Position numbers and translations under genes: made by a program. The notes under the pieces were generated by a model. It saw only the letters and a program-made list of their open reading frames with translations. It was not told the origin of the DNA and made no database searches. A stretch of 64,000 bases of DNA, taken from positions 7,758,691 through 7,822,690 of the forward strand of contig CM121342.1 of the NCBI GenBank assembly GCA_051530055.1, given 5' to 3'. Shown here in pieces: positions 53,901 to 64,000 of this stretch; the first letter of the stretch is position 1, and each line of letters opens with the position of its first letter. The DNA is from Neoechinorhynchus agilis. Its lineage: Eukaryota > Animalia > Acanthocephala.

Positions 53901-54659
53901 TTACCTGTCAAACCAACGTTCAGCGCAGGCAACAGCTAACATTTGCGCCCGTGTAATCGATTTAAAGTGGCCTCATTGTCGAATGGAGATCCTGATGTTT
54001 AAGCGGAAGGCAAAGCGTCAAACATCAATGTTTTGAATGCAAACTAAAGGTCTTGTGGGAGAATGTTTTTTACGTAAATAATCAAAGAAAGTGGACAGTT
54101 TTAAGATAGTTTGGTGGGCAGTTTTTAGGAAATTAGATGACGAGTTTTGAGAGTTTCGAGAAGTTTGGGAGCAGGTGGGGAGTTTTGGGAGAGGTGGCGC
54201 GAATTCAGAGCAACGAGAGATAATGGCCGGGTGGAGAAGGCGCATCATTACAGAAATGAATAGGAGGGTTGATTGATTTTTGGTGGTGTTCCTCCTTTTG
54301 CTTTTGTTTCTACTCGTTCAGACATTTCTTCTACCTTTTGTTCGACCGTAGCTTTCTTAATAGTCATTGAAGGTGAATCGCTTTCGCCTTTCCTATCGTT
54401 ACCTTTTATCCCAGTCACAATATCATACTCCTCAACAGTAATATTGGAATCATATAGTACTCAAGGCTGAATATCCTCCTGAGGGTGGCACCAAGCCCCT
54501 AGTAATTGTCGAATTTCAACGAGTCTTCGTTTGAGTTTGCCATGCAAGATTTGGACCAATATTCAGTACATCGTGTTTGGTATTGTTTTCAATTTTAATT
54601 GCAATGTTCAGTCTCCCTTTTAACGATTAAAATTGTTGATTTGCCTTATTCCGATGAAT

Positions 54660-54950
54660 TAACTTTTATTTAAATGGAGCGTTTCTACTTTTTCCGTTAA
54701 GAGAATTCTTCACTCTAAACTTTTCTTATATGCCGACAATGTCACAATCTTCACAAAATCACCCTAAACATCTAACGATGTCATCTACATCAAAGATTTC
54801 TGCACTAATCCAATACTCTACCTGAACTTCTATAAATGCTTCGATTTGATTTCCTCGCTCTCCCGCATCCAACAAGCCACCTCTCTCAAAATTCTGGGTC
54901 TCCAATTAAAATCAAATCTGAAATGGGACGACCACATTTCCTCGAAGGCC
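54660..54950 (+). mobile_element. L2/CR1-like RT 3' fragment
   Basis: LFLYADNVTI..LNFYKC..LKILGL..NLKWDDHI. Confidence 0.55.
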
Positions 54951-55324
54951 GAATTTGATCGGAATTCTTTTGACAAGTTAAGCTAGAAATCTAAAACGGA
55001 GAATCACGATTAATGTCTTGCTGCCATTTGCATCCCAATGCTTAAGGAGGTGACCGAGATGGTATCCGAGGGTGCTGGGTAGTGAAATGGCTGAGACTAT
55101 GATCGGATATTTTATGTTAGCTCAATTTATAATGAACAAAAACCCTCGTCCATTGATGTTGCTTATGACAAAAGCTTAATTAAAATTCTTTAGACCCTTT
55201 CATTAGTAAGCAGGTAAGAAAAACTAATTTTTATTGTTGTCAAAACTATTTTAAATTCTAACAGCTAATAAATCTAAAATCCCGGGTAATAATGTCTTGT
55301 CGATTTAAGTCGGATAAAATTTCT

Positions 55325-57550
55325 TCAATGTAATACCGAATCTACATTCGGCATTATGTTATTGTATAATTTTTCTCGGTATAGGTGAGGTCGATAGATT
55401 TTCTTGATCTTTTTCTGAAATCTTCCACTTTTAAGAGGAGTCTTTTTCGCAGCTGCACTTTCGTTAGCTGTTTCAGGCTTGACGTCCAGCTTAGCGTCCA
55501 CGATGACGGCATCTGTTTGTCCCTCGATCTCAAATTTTAGTTCGATTGATTCGATTGGTGCAATTTCGCTCGCGAACTCGGACTTGGCATCTTCTTTATT
55601 GTCAACGGCGACGGCATCCTTTTCTCCTTCAATCTGAGATTTGAGTTCGGTTGATTCAGTTGCTGCCATTTCGCTTGGCAATTCACACTTGACATCCTCT
55701 TTAGTGTCCATGATGACGGCATCGATCTCTTCTTCAATCTGAGATTTTAGTTCCACTGATTCCGTTGCTGCCATTTCGATTGTAGATTGAGACTTGACAT
55801 CCTCTTTAATGTCAACGGCGACGACATCCTTTTCTCCTTCAATCTGAGATTTGAGTTCGGATAATTCGATTGATACCATTTCGTTGGCAGATTCAGACTT
55901 GACATCCTCTTTAGTGTCAACGGCGATAGCATCGATTTCTTCTTCAATCTGAGATTTGAGTTCGATTGCTGCTATTTCAGTGACAGATTCGAACTTGACA
56001 TCCTCTTTATTGTCAACGCCGATGGTATCGATTTCTTCTTCAATCTGAGATTTGAGTTCCATTGATTCGAGTGCTGTCATTTCGCTGGCAGATTCGGACT
56101 TGACGTCCTCTTCAGTATCCACGGCGATAGCATTGATTTCTTCTTCAATCTGAGATTTGAGTTTCATTGATTCGGTTGCTGCCATTTCGCTTGCAGTTTC
56201 GGATTTGACATCCTCTTTAGTGTCCACTGTGATGGCAATCTTTTCTTTATCAATCTGAGATTTGAGTTCGGTTGATTCGACTGCTGCCATCTCGCTTGCC
56301 GGTTCGAACTTAACGCTCTCTTTGGTGTCCTCGGCGATGGCATCGATTTCTTCTTCAATCTGTGATTTGAGATCCATTGATTCGATTGGTGCCATTTCGC
56401 TATCAGATTCGGACTTGACATCCCCTTTATTGCCAACGGCGATGGTATCGATTTCTTCTTCAATCTGAGGTTGGAGTTCCATTGATTCGATTGCTGCCAT
56501 TTCGCTGACAGATTCGGACTTGACGTCCTCTTCAGTGTCCACGGCGACGGCATCGATTTCTTCTTCAATCTTAGATTTGAGTTCGATTGATTCTATTGCC
56601 CCATTTTCGCATTCAGATTCAAGCATGACATCCTCTTTATTATTCGAGACGGCGGCATCGATTTCTTCTTCAATCCGAGATTGGAGTTCCATTGATTCGA
56701 TTGCTGCCATTTCGCTCTCAGATTCGGACTTGACGTCCTCTTTAGGGTCCTTGGCGACCGCACCGATTTCTTTTTCAATCTGAGATTTGAGTTCCATTGA
56801 TTCGATTGCTGCCATTTCGCTGACAGATTCGGACTTGACGTCCTCTTTAGGGTCCTTGGCGACCGCACGGATTTCTTCTTCAATCTGAGATTTGAGTTCG
56901 ATTGATTCTATTGCCCCATTTTCGCATTCAGATTCAAGCATGACATCCTCTTTATTATTCGAGACGACGGCATCGATTTCTCCTTTCGTTTCGGCTGAAT
57001 TAGATGAAAATGGCAATTTTGAACCTATATTAAACAATATGTTATTGTATGAAATTTTCAGTTGTAGGTCAGGTCGATACATTTTGTTAATCTTGTTCTG
57101 AAATCTTCCATTTTTTAGAAGAGTCTTTTTCTTATTCCCTTTTCCATCCGCTAATATCTTTGCAATGCCTTCGAATGGTTTCGTTTCTGAAGAGCCGATT
57201 GTTGAGTTGCTGGACTGCCCTGAGACAATAGGCGTTTCCTTTTTGTCAACCATTTCAATTGTCCCAAATGCGCTAGGTATAGGCGTTCCAAGTTTGGGGT
57301 TTGTGGCATTATTTCCTTTTTTAACGACATGAATTAGGGGTTTGAGTTCGGTTGCTTCAATTGATGCCATTTCGCTATCAGATTCGGGCTTGGCATCCAC
57401 TTTGGTATGCATCCGTTGAACTTCGTCCTCAATTACAATGTCTCCATCAACCATTTTAGTACTGCTGATTGGGTTCAGGGCGTAGCATCGGTTTTTGGTC
57501 GAAAAGGTTGAAAGGCTGCTGATCAGTAGCACGGCGGTGAAAATTTTCAT
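55325..57550 (-). CDS. Secreted 741-aa protein: ~15 acidic 35-aa repeats flanked by two homologous basic domains
   Basis: Signal-peptide-like MKIFTAVLLISSLSTFS..CYA; uninterrupted ORF; 105-bp repeat ELKSQIEEEIDAIAVDTKEDVKSESASEMAAIESM. Confidence 0.85.
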   Translation of the reverse strand: MKIFTAVLLISSLSTFSTKNRCYALNPISSTKMVDGDIVIEDEVQRMHTKVDAKPESDSEMASIEATELKPLIHVVKKGNNATNPKLGTPIPSAFGTIEMVDKKETPIVSGQSSNSTIGSSETKPFEGIAKILADGKGNKKKTLLKNGRFQNKINKMYRPDLQLKISYNNILFNIGSKLPFSSNSAETKGEIDAVVSNNKEDVMLESECENGAIESIELKSQIEEEIRAVAKDPKEDVKSESVSEMAAIESMELKSQIEKEIGAVAKDPKEDVKSESESEMAAIESMELQSRIEEEIDAAVSNNKEDVMLESECENGAIESIELKSKIEEEIDAVAVDTEEDVKSESVSEMAAIESMELQPQIEEEIDTIAVGNKGDVKSESDSEMAPIESMDLKSQIEEEIDAIAEDTKESVKFEPASEMAAVESTELKSQIDKEKIAITVDTKEDVKSETASEMAATESMKLKSQIEEEINAIAVDTEEDVKSESASEMTALESMELKSQIEEEIDTIGVDNKEDVKFESVTEIAAIELKSQIEEEIDAIAVDTKEDVKSESANEMVSIELSELKSQIEGEKDVVAVDIKEDVKSQSTIEMAATESVELKSQIEEEIDAVIMDTKEDVKCELPSEMAATESTELKSQIEGEKDAVAVDNKEDAKSEFASEIAPIESIELKFEIEGQTDAVIVDAKLDVKPETANESAAAKKTPLKSGRFQKKIKKIYRPHLYREKLYNNIMPNVDSVLH

Positions 57551-58289
57551 CGGAGTAATGGTTGGAAGGATACCCTAAAGAAGAGATACAGCTCAAAATT
57601 ACCTACTCTACGGGATGCGCAAGCGATTTAGAAATGTTATTAAATACTTGAACAATATTGACGTTTTCATAAAAATTACTGTTTACGTCTTGGTATGTTT
57701 ACAAAAACTCATTGTTGACATTATGTGTCCAGAAAAGATTTTCTTGAAACGAAAAAGGAGTACGGATTCACTCCCATTAAATATCTTTCTAATAGTGATT
57801 TGCCAATATTTGGTTTGTTGGTTAAAGCTCTCATTGACATGGCCACCTCAAAAGGTGGTCCTACTATTAGGATTCGCTTATTTGGGTTCTCTTTCACAAT
57901 TCAAAAACCAATCACTGATGGCTTCTCACCTCGTCAATTTTCGAAATGTCTGGCTTGTGGCCACGTCTAACTGTTTTGTCAAGTTGGCGATGGCAAAAGA
58001 GAACCAATTTTACGTACAACGATCCGGATTTATTTGAAATACCCACTCAGATTATCGACAATAATGTGTTAATAGATGAAATTTTCGTTGTAACTGTTCA
58101 CAATTTAAGTCCTTAAGAACATTCCAAAGGAGTTATAGTAGCACGAGCTATCGAGCAGATTATAAATATGAATCAAAATTTAATTAGTCGTCTTCCTGAT
58201 ACACCAAAATCTTACTTGAGCTCTGATTCATTTATTTCAGTAGATATAAATAAATCGTTCAATTATGAGCCGTACGTGATTTTTAAGCG

Positions 58290-59605
58290 TGATTTTCAGA
58301 ACGCCTTTAACTCTCTCAGTGGAGAAACCATGTTCTGCGCAATTAGGGATCACGCACCAGAAGCCTTCCAGTATTTTCTCAATGCCTACGGGACCGCGAC
58401 TCCTTTGCTTTTCGAAGACCACCTCATTTGGTCCGAAATAGGAGTGCCGCAAGCCGATCCTCTCGGTCCAATAGCATTCTCCCTAACAGTAAATCCAATA
58501 GCGCACTCTCTCCATTCCAGCTTCAACGCTTGGTACTTGGATGACGCTACGCTCGGAGGTGATCTCGCCGTTCTACTGGGCGATTTGGAGACTGATTAGG
58601 GAGACTGGGAGATTGGGCGTTGAGCTTAATGCTGGAAAGTGTGAGCTCCTAGTATTAAATATCGAAGACGCCGCCAAAGTCAAGGAGCTAATGTATGGGT
58701 TCGAGGCTGTAGCTCTAGGTCTGAAACTCGTGACTCCAGAGTAACTCAGCCTCCTGGGTAGTTGCGTCTTTGATTCAAATGTGGAAACTGAGATCAGCCG
58801 TATCATATCGAAAGTTTCGTTGCTGTGCGAAAGGTTGAGCGCTCTCTCAGCGCACGAAGCGTTATTTATGATAAAGATCGCACCAAACATAAGGAAGGAT
58901 TGGCTAAGCTCGACGACAAGGTGAGAGCTTGCCTCGAGCGTATTTTAAATGTCCAGCTCTCAGATAAGGCGTGGCGACAGGCTTCATTGCCTGTGTCACC
59001 TGGGGGATTGGGCATTCGGGCGCTAGTAGACCTTCCCTTGCCAGCCCTTCTTGGATTGTACCAGGGGAGTCAATCTACAGCGAAGTAAATTCTGAGAGGA
59101 AAGTTCTGCCTTGACCGGGATTTCGTGGTGGCAGTTGAAGAATGGTGCCAGCGGACAGACGCTAACCATGTTCAACCGCTTGCTTAAAGAAGGACAATCG
59201 AAAAAATAACATATGGTTAGGGCAAATACCTTCTCTGGGACGCCAAGTTTGTGGACACTCGCAGTAAACAACATTCCTTATTCTCTCGATATCACTGGAG
59301 GTGCAGCCAGTGCAGCGGAAGGGAAGAAGGTACAAAAGTATGGAGAATTAGCAAGGGCCCACTATTTTGTTTCCTTCGGAGTAGACACATATGGATCGCT
59401 TGGCAGCTCGGCACTCACCCTGCTGCAGGATCTCTCGAAGAAATTGAGAGAAACGACCGGCGACGCACGAGCAGGTGTATTCCTGCGACATTATATCTCG
59501 CTCGCAGTACAACGAGGCAATGCTGCTAGCGTGATAGCGACAGCCGGGGAAGGAGAGAAGCTCCAATTTCGCGGACGGTGGTGATTGCACGTTTTGTGCT
59601 TTATT
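58290..59605 (+). mobile_element. CRE-like non-LTR retrotransposon (RT + RLE), internally deleted/frameshifted
   Basis: DFQNAFNS, GVPQADPLGP, WYLDDATLGG, GVELNAGKCE, QASLPVSPGGLGIR, FVSFGVDTYG..ISLAVQRGNAAS. Confidence 0.88.
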
Positions 59606-59884
59606 GTTGTAAGAAAAGTTAGTGTTTTATAAAAAATACTCCGTTGAACGTTTAAACAGACTTACGGCTTCCGAGAGCAAAAATAATTATGTTTTGAAAT
59701 TTAAATAAGGATAAAGGACTGTGCAATTACACTCAGTTCATAGTTAAAGATCTTTTGGTGCACACAATAAAAACCGAAATTATTTTGGAAAAGAACAAAG
59801 TCTTGCGTATTAACTTATATCGATCGGTTGATAGCAGTGAGGGTGCGGTTCAATAATAAAAACAGTTATAAAGCATCTAACAAT

Positions 59885-60560
59885 TGGCGACGAGGACAAA
59901 GCGGATCTGTTGAAGGAAATGATGAAAATGTTTCGAGAACAATCAAGTAATCGCGATTTGCAAAAACGACTCCTAGAAATGAAGGAGCATAAACAATCCA
60001 GTCAGATATTGATTCCGCAATTTCGACGATTCGTATACGAAGATGAGACATGGTCCGACTACATGGGACAACTGGAACAACATTTTGGCGCTTATGGCAT
60101 AGAGGAAAATAACAAGAAAGCTCATCTACTAGCATGGAGTGGACCGAAGACGTTTCAACTGATAGTAAAAATTATTAAAGATTTCAAATCAAGCTCTACC
60201 ACTTACGCAGATATAGTGTCCGCGCTTACTAACCACTATCAGATGTGGTAGCGGCTAGGTATGCGTTTGCACAATGTAAGATGGGATCCTACCAAAATCA
60301 CGTGCAATGGATGCCGGAGGCCCGTGGAATGGTCAATACCTGCCAATTTCACCCAAAATCAACAATTACGGAAAACGAAGCGATTGAGGATAGACTGTGA
60401 GATCTCCTCATACTGAATGCCCCATTCGAAGAAATTAGGATTCAGACTCTCAGGCTTGAAGATCCTACTTTCGATCAGGCCCTTAAGGTAGCTACGACCT
60501 ACGAGACAGCCGAGAGGACAAGGACGATATTGACCAGAGGCAGTAGTGATAATGAAGTAC
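59885..60560 (+). mobile_element. Ty3/gypsy 5' fragment (PBS-like + gag)
   Basis: TGGCGACGAG at 59885-59894; gag WSDYMGQLEQHF..KKAHLLAWSGPKTF, homologous to the gag at 23204-23731. Confidence 0.75.
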
Positions 60561-60599
60561 GTGAAGAATTATGTGCAAAAGTTGATCGGTCGCACATTG

Positions 60600-60985
60600 G
60601 ACACATTTAGCTATTTCGACGGCTTTTGTCAATACCAAATCCTCTTGTTCGAGCAATCGTTGTCTTATTGCATCGGATCTGATGCCGGAGATGAAAGCAT
60701 CTCGGATTAATTCCGAATTGGCCTCCTCAGCATTGACAGAGCCATGTTAGTTAGACATTGGACGTATTGATCGATGCTCTCGTTCTCTGATTGTTTGCGG
60801 CTAGAGAGAAGATGCCCGCTTAGAACTTCATTGTGCTTTTTTTGGTATATATTTTCCAATAAGGCCCAGACTTCTTCAAAAGTCTTGGTATCTTCCAAAA
60901 CTTCGTATACATCGGGCCCAATATTGGCGTATAGGTATTCTAGTTTATCATTATCAAGATCGACCGATTGAATCGTATATTTGAA
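60600..60985 (-). mobile_element. Gypsy gag fragment related to the 22466-22771 gag
   Basis: LYANIGPDVYEVLEDTKTFEE..RKQSENESIDQYV. Confidence 0.6.
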
Positions 60986-60987
60986 GT

Positions 60988-61598
60988 GTCTTGAATGCTT
61001 CAAGGTATTTTAGTCGTTTCAGTCAAATAATCCCAAAATTCCCCAGCTAAATAGACGTGACAGTATTTTAAGTTTTAACGGGTTTATTGTTCGATGAAAA
61101 AGACGCAAACTTCATACTGAAAAGACGCGATAAGTCACCTTGTCCGTTTCGCCAATGAGTCTTGAATGCTTCAAGGTATTTTAGTCGTTTCAGTCAAATA
61201 ATCCCAAAATTCCCCAGCTAAATAGACGTGACAGTATTTTAAGTTTTATCAGGTTTATTGTTCGATGAAAACGGCGCAAACTTCATACCGAAAAAGCGCG
61301 ATAAGTCACCTTGTCCGTTTCGCCAATGAGTCTTGAATGCTTCAAGGTATTTTAGTCGTTTCAGTCAAATGGTCCGAAAATGCCCCAGTTAAATAGACGT
61401 GACAGTATTTTAAGTTTTAACGGGTTTATTGTTCGATGAAAAAGACGCAAACTTCATACTAAAAAGACGCGATAAGTCACCTTGTCCGTTTCGCCAATGA
61501 GTCTTGAATGCTTCAAGGTATTTTAGTCGTTTCAGTCAAATAATCCCAAAATTCCCCAGCTAAATAGACGTGACAGTATTTTAAGTTTTAACGGGTTT
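60988..61598. repeat. 171-bp tandem repeat, ~3.6 copies, same family as 44906-45454
   Basis: GTCTTGAATG at 60988, 61159, 61330, 61501. Confidence 0.95.
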
Positions 61599-61679
61599 GA
61601 GATTCGCTTGTATTGTCATACTGTTCTTTAGCCCTCTGTAATTTTCGCTTAATCGTCTTCTTTCGCGATGATCGGACTT

Positions 61680-64000
61680 GATGTTACTGATTCTTGTCGG
61701 TCACGTAAAAGAAGCAGCTCCGGCGGCCAGACAGCTACTGATAGTAGCCTGTCAACGCGGGATTGGTGTGCCGCTCCACTTGGTGATGCGGCAGCGAACC
61801 AGAGCAACAAAATCCACCAGTACAACGAGAAAAAGCGAGGGCGTCGCAGCTCTCGCCGACGACTTGAGCGAGCGTCAGTCGAAGCTCATCACCGTGGTGG
61901 ATACGGACTGTTCAGGTGGCGCTGACAGCCGTGAGCCCTTTGGCCCAGCTATTTCAAATAGAAGAGGATTACGAATCGGATCCTTGAATTGTAGGAGTCT
62001 GCGAGCGCAATGGCGTAGGGGAACACTGGCCAAATTGGCAAGGACGCCAGAATGGATCTTGTGTTTTTACAAGAATCCTTCGTGTCAGCATAAAGCTTCG
62101 ATCGAGAAATCTCTATGCTTTTGGCGTGTATTCACCGACCTCCTCGTCGGATGAAGATGCAGTTGAAGGATTTTATGGAAATCTAGCCGAAGCACTAGAT
62201 GATGTACCGAACAGAGACACCCTCCTAATAACCGGTGACTTCAGCGCGATTTTATCGCATTCCGAAAGATCGCTATGTGTTAAAAGGCGAGAATCGGAAC
62301 AGCCGGTACTTGGTTGAGGCGCTGGAGCGGCATGATCTCGTGTCTGCTAACACTTTATTCCGGAAGCGTCCGTGGCGTTTGGCGACGTTTATGGGTCAAA
62401 AAATCCGTCCAAACATGCCATGGGAAAAAATCCCAAGAGACGCTTAGCTCAGCTTGACCATATATTGTTGAGACGTAGGGAAAAATGTCGGGTCAAAAAG
62501 GCTTTCACGTTCACAGTTGATGGGCTGCCAACCGACCACAGATTGGTGATGTGTCAGTTGAGCATGAATGACTCGTTGTTCCGTACGCCTCAACATCCTC
62601 CACGTCCATTCTATGGCGCCCTCGCTAATGAGGAGAATAGGAAAGAGTTCGATATCGAACTAGAGAATCAACCGAGCTCGATGCCAGCTGCTGAAACGGA
62701 TATTGATTTTTATTACAAGCCAATCTGCGACGCCGTGACCAAAGTGGCCGAGAACACCCTCCCAAAAAATAGGCGTATAAAAGCTGCAAAGGTTATGTGG
62801 CAGGAGGACTGTGAATTTATGGCAATGGCTAAGCAGATCAAAACTCTAAGAAAAAGAGGAAAACGATATGAGGCTCGCATTGCAAGTCTTGAACTTGCCA
62901 ACCTCTATAATGAAAAGCAAAAAGCTTCGATAGAGGGTGCAGTTCGCGGGATCGCATATAAGGAAGGTTTTGTTCGTACCTCCTTAGCATGGAGAGCGAT
63001 AAACATTCCCACAGGAAGATCCCAAAGACAGCCAACTTTGATTGAAGGTCCCTCCCCGGAAATCAGAAAAAAGAGAATCGCAAATTATTTTGCGGAAATT
63101 CTCAATTCGCCATTATCGTCTTTGGAAGTGAGTCCTGCACTCCGAATTCAGCCAATCCTCGAATCGTTTCTAAGACGGATGTGACCCTTCGATTCGGTAA
63201 ATCGAACGATGATTGGCGGTATCTTAAAGGAGTATGGAGTGCCGCCGATCATTGTCACATCCGTTATGGCATTATATAAAAACACAAGGTCCGCCGTAAA
63301 GACAGCTGGCGGTTTGATATAATACTTTTCCACCACTTCAGGTGTTCTGCAGGGCGACACATTGGCTCCTTTCCTCTTCATCTTGGTGCTTGATTGGGTA
63401 ATGAGATGGGCACTACCGAATGATGAAGATGGATTTCTTCTGTTGAGGAAAAGGGGTCGTAGGTATCCTGAGATACGCGCCTCCTACATGGCATATGCCG
63501 ACGACATCGTATTGATGTCCTCAACAGTCGAAGGAGCTCAACGCATGCTAAATAGACTGTGCGAGAGGGAGAGTATGATTGGTCTGACCATCAACTCGAA
63601 AAAGACGGAATTCTTGACGATTCCGCTGGGCAATTAAAACAGATAGAGCGGTATGTCTATCTGCGAGCTGTCGTTCCTGAGGTGAGTGCGGATGTCAGCC
63701 GACGGAGAGCTATAGCTTGGAGAGCAATGGGGCAACTTAAACCACTGTTTGACAGTGAGTCTTTGCCGGATGAACTCCGTTCGCAGCTGTACAGGACTCT
63801 AATTGAGAGCATTCTCTACTACAATGAAGAGACCTGGACACTGTTACCAACGGCGACGAGGCAGTTTTACCAAAATCATTCATCTCTCTTACGTACGGCG
63901 TTCAAGGTCAGATGGTCAGATAAAGTGACCAACAAAGCACTGTATAAGAGAGCTGGAGTCCAACTGCCCAGTGAATATTTGCGCCGCAGACGACTGCAGT
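61680..64000 (+). mobile_element. RTE-like LINE (APE + RT), frameshifted, runs off the window end
   Basis: LRIGSLNCRSL; GVYSP; LDHILL; GVLQGDTLAPFLFILVLD; YADD; GLTINSKKTE. Confidence 0.88.

Noticed and set aside
55537-57101. Overlapping short ORFs (MKKKSM..., MSSIDS...)
   Set aside because: Alternative-frame and antisense shadows of the 105-bp coding repeat.
58100-58285. Helitron Pif1-helicase fragment (NLISRLPDTPKSYLSSDS)
   Set aside because: Short resemblance only; no helicase motifs or Helitron ends seen.

Overview
Eukaryotic (probably invertebrate metazoan) genomic DNA, AT-rich, with very short GT-AG introns (about 33-55 nt). Recognisable host genes are a frameshifted SLC17-family transporter, an intronless PARG-like protein, VCP/p97, proteasome alpha-3 (PSMA4), mitochondrial TyrRS (YARS2) and tRNA-Phe(GAA). 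There are also two unannotated secreted proteins and a few unidentified ORFs. Roughly half the window is decayed retroelements: Ty3/gypsy, CRE-like, RTE-like, L2/CR1-like, Jockey/I-like and Penelope-like. The most striking find is a ~100-nt RNA module present twice (3252-3348 +, 46210-46301 -). It holds a complete hammerhead ribozyme core whose three strands are in a NON-circularly permuted order. One copy sits behind a tRNA-derived SINE head and the other inside a 39-bp inverted-repeat element. Other leads are a 297-bp x ~11.5 tandem array of long hairpins with a degenerate hammerhead-like core, a tRNA lacking a Pol III terminator ahead of a 40-bp hairpin, splice acceptors directly in front of start codons (possible SL trans-splicing/operons), and a VCP intron with no GT donor. 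All analysis was by eye; no folding, alignment or database searches were run, and mobile-element boundaries are approximate.
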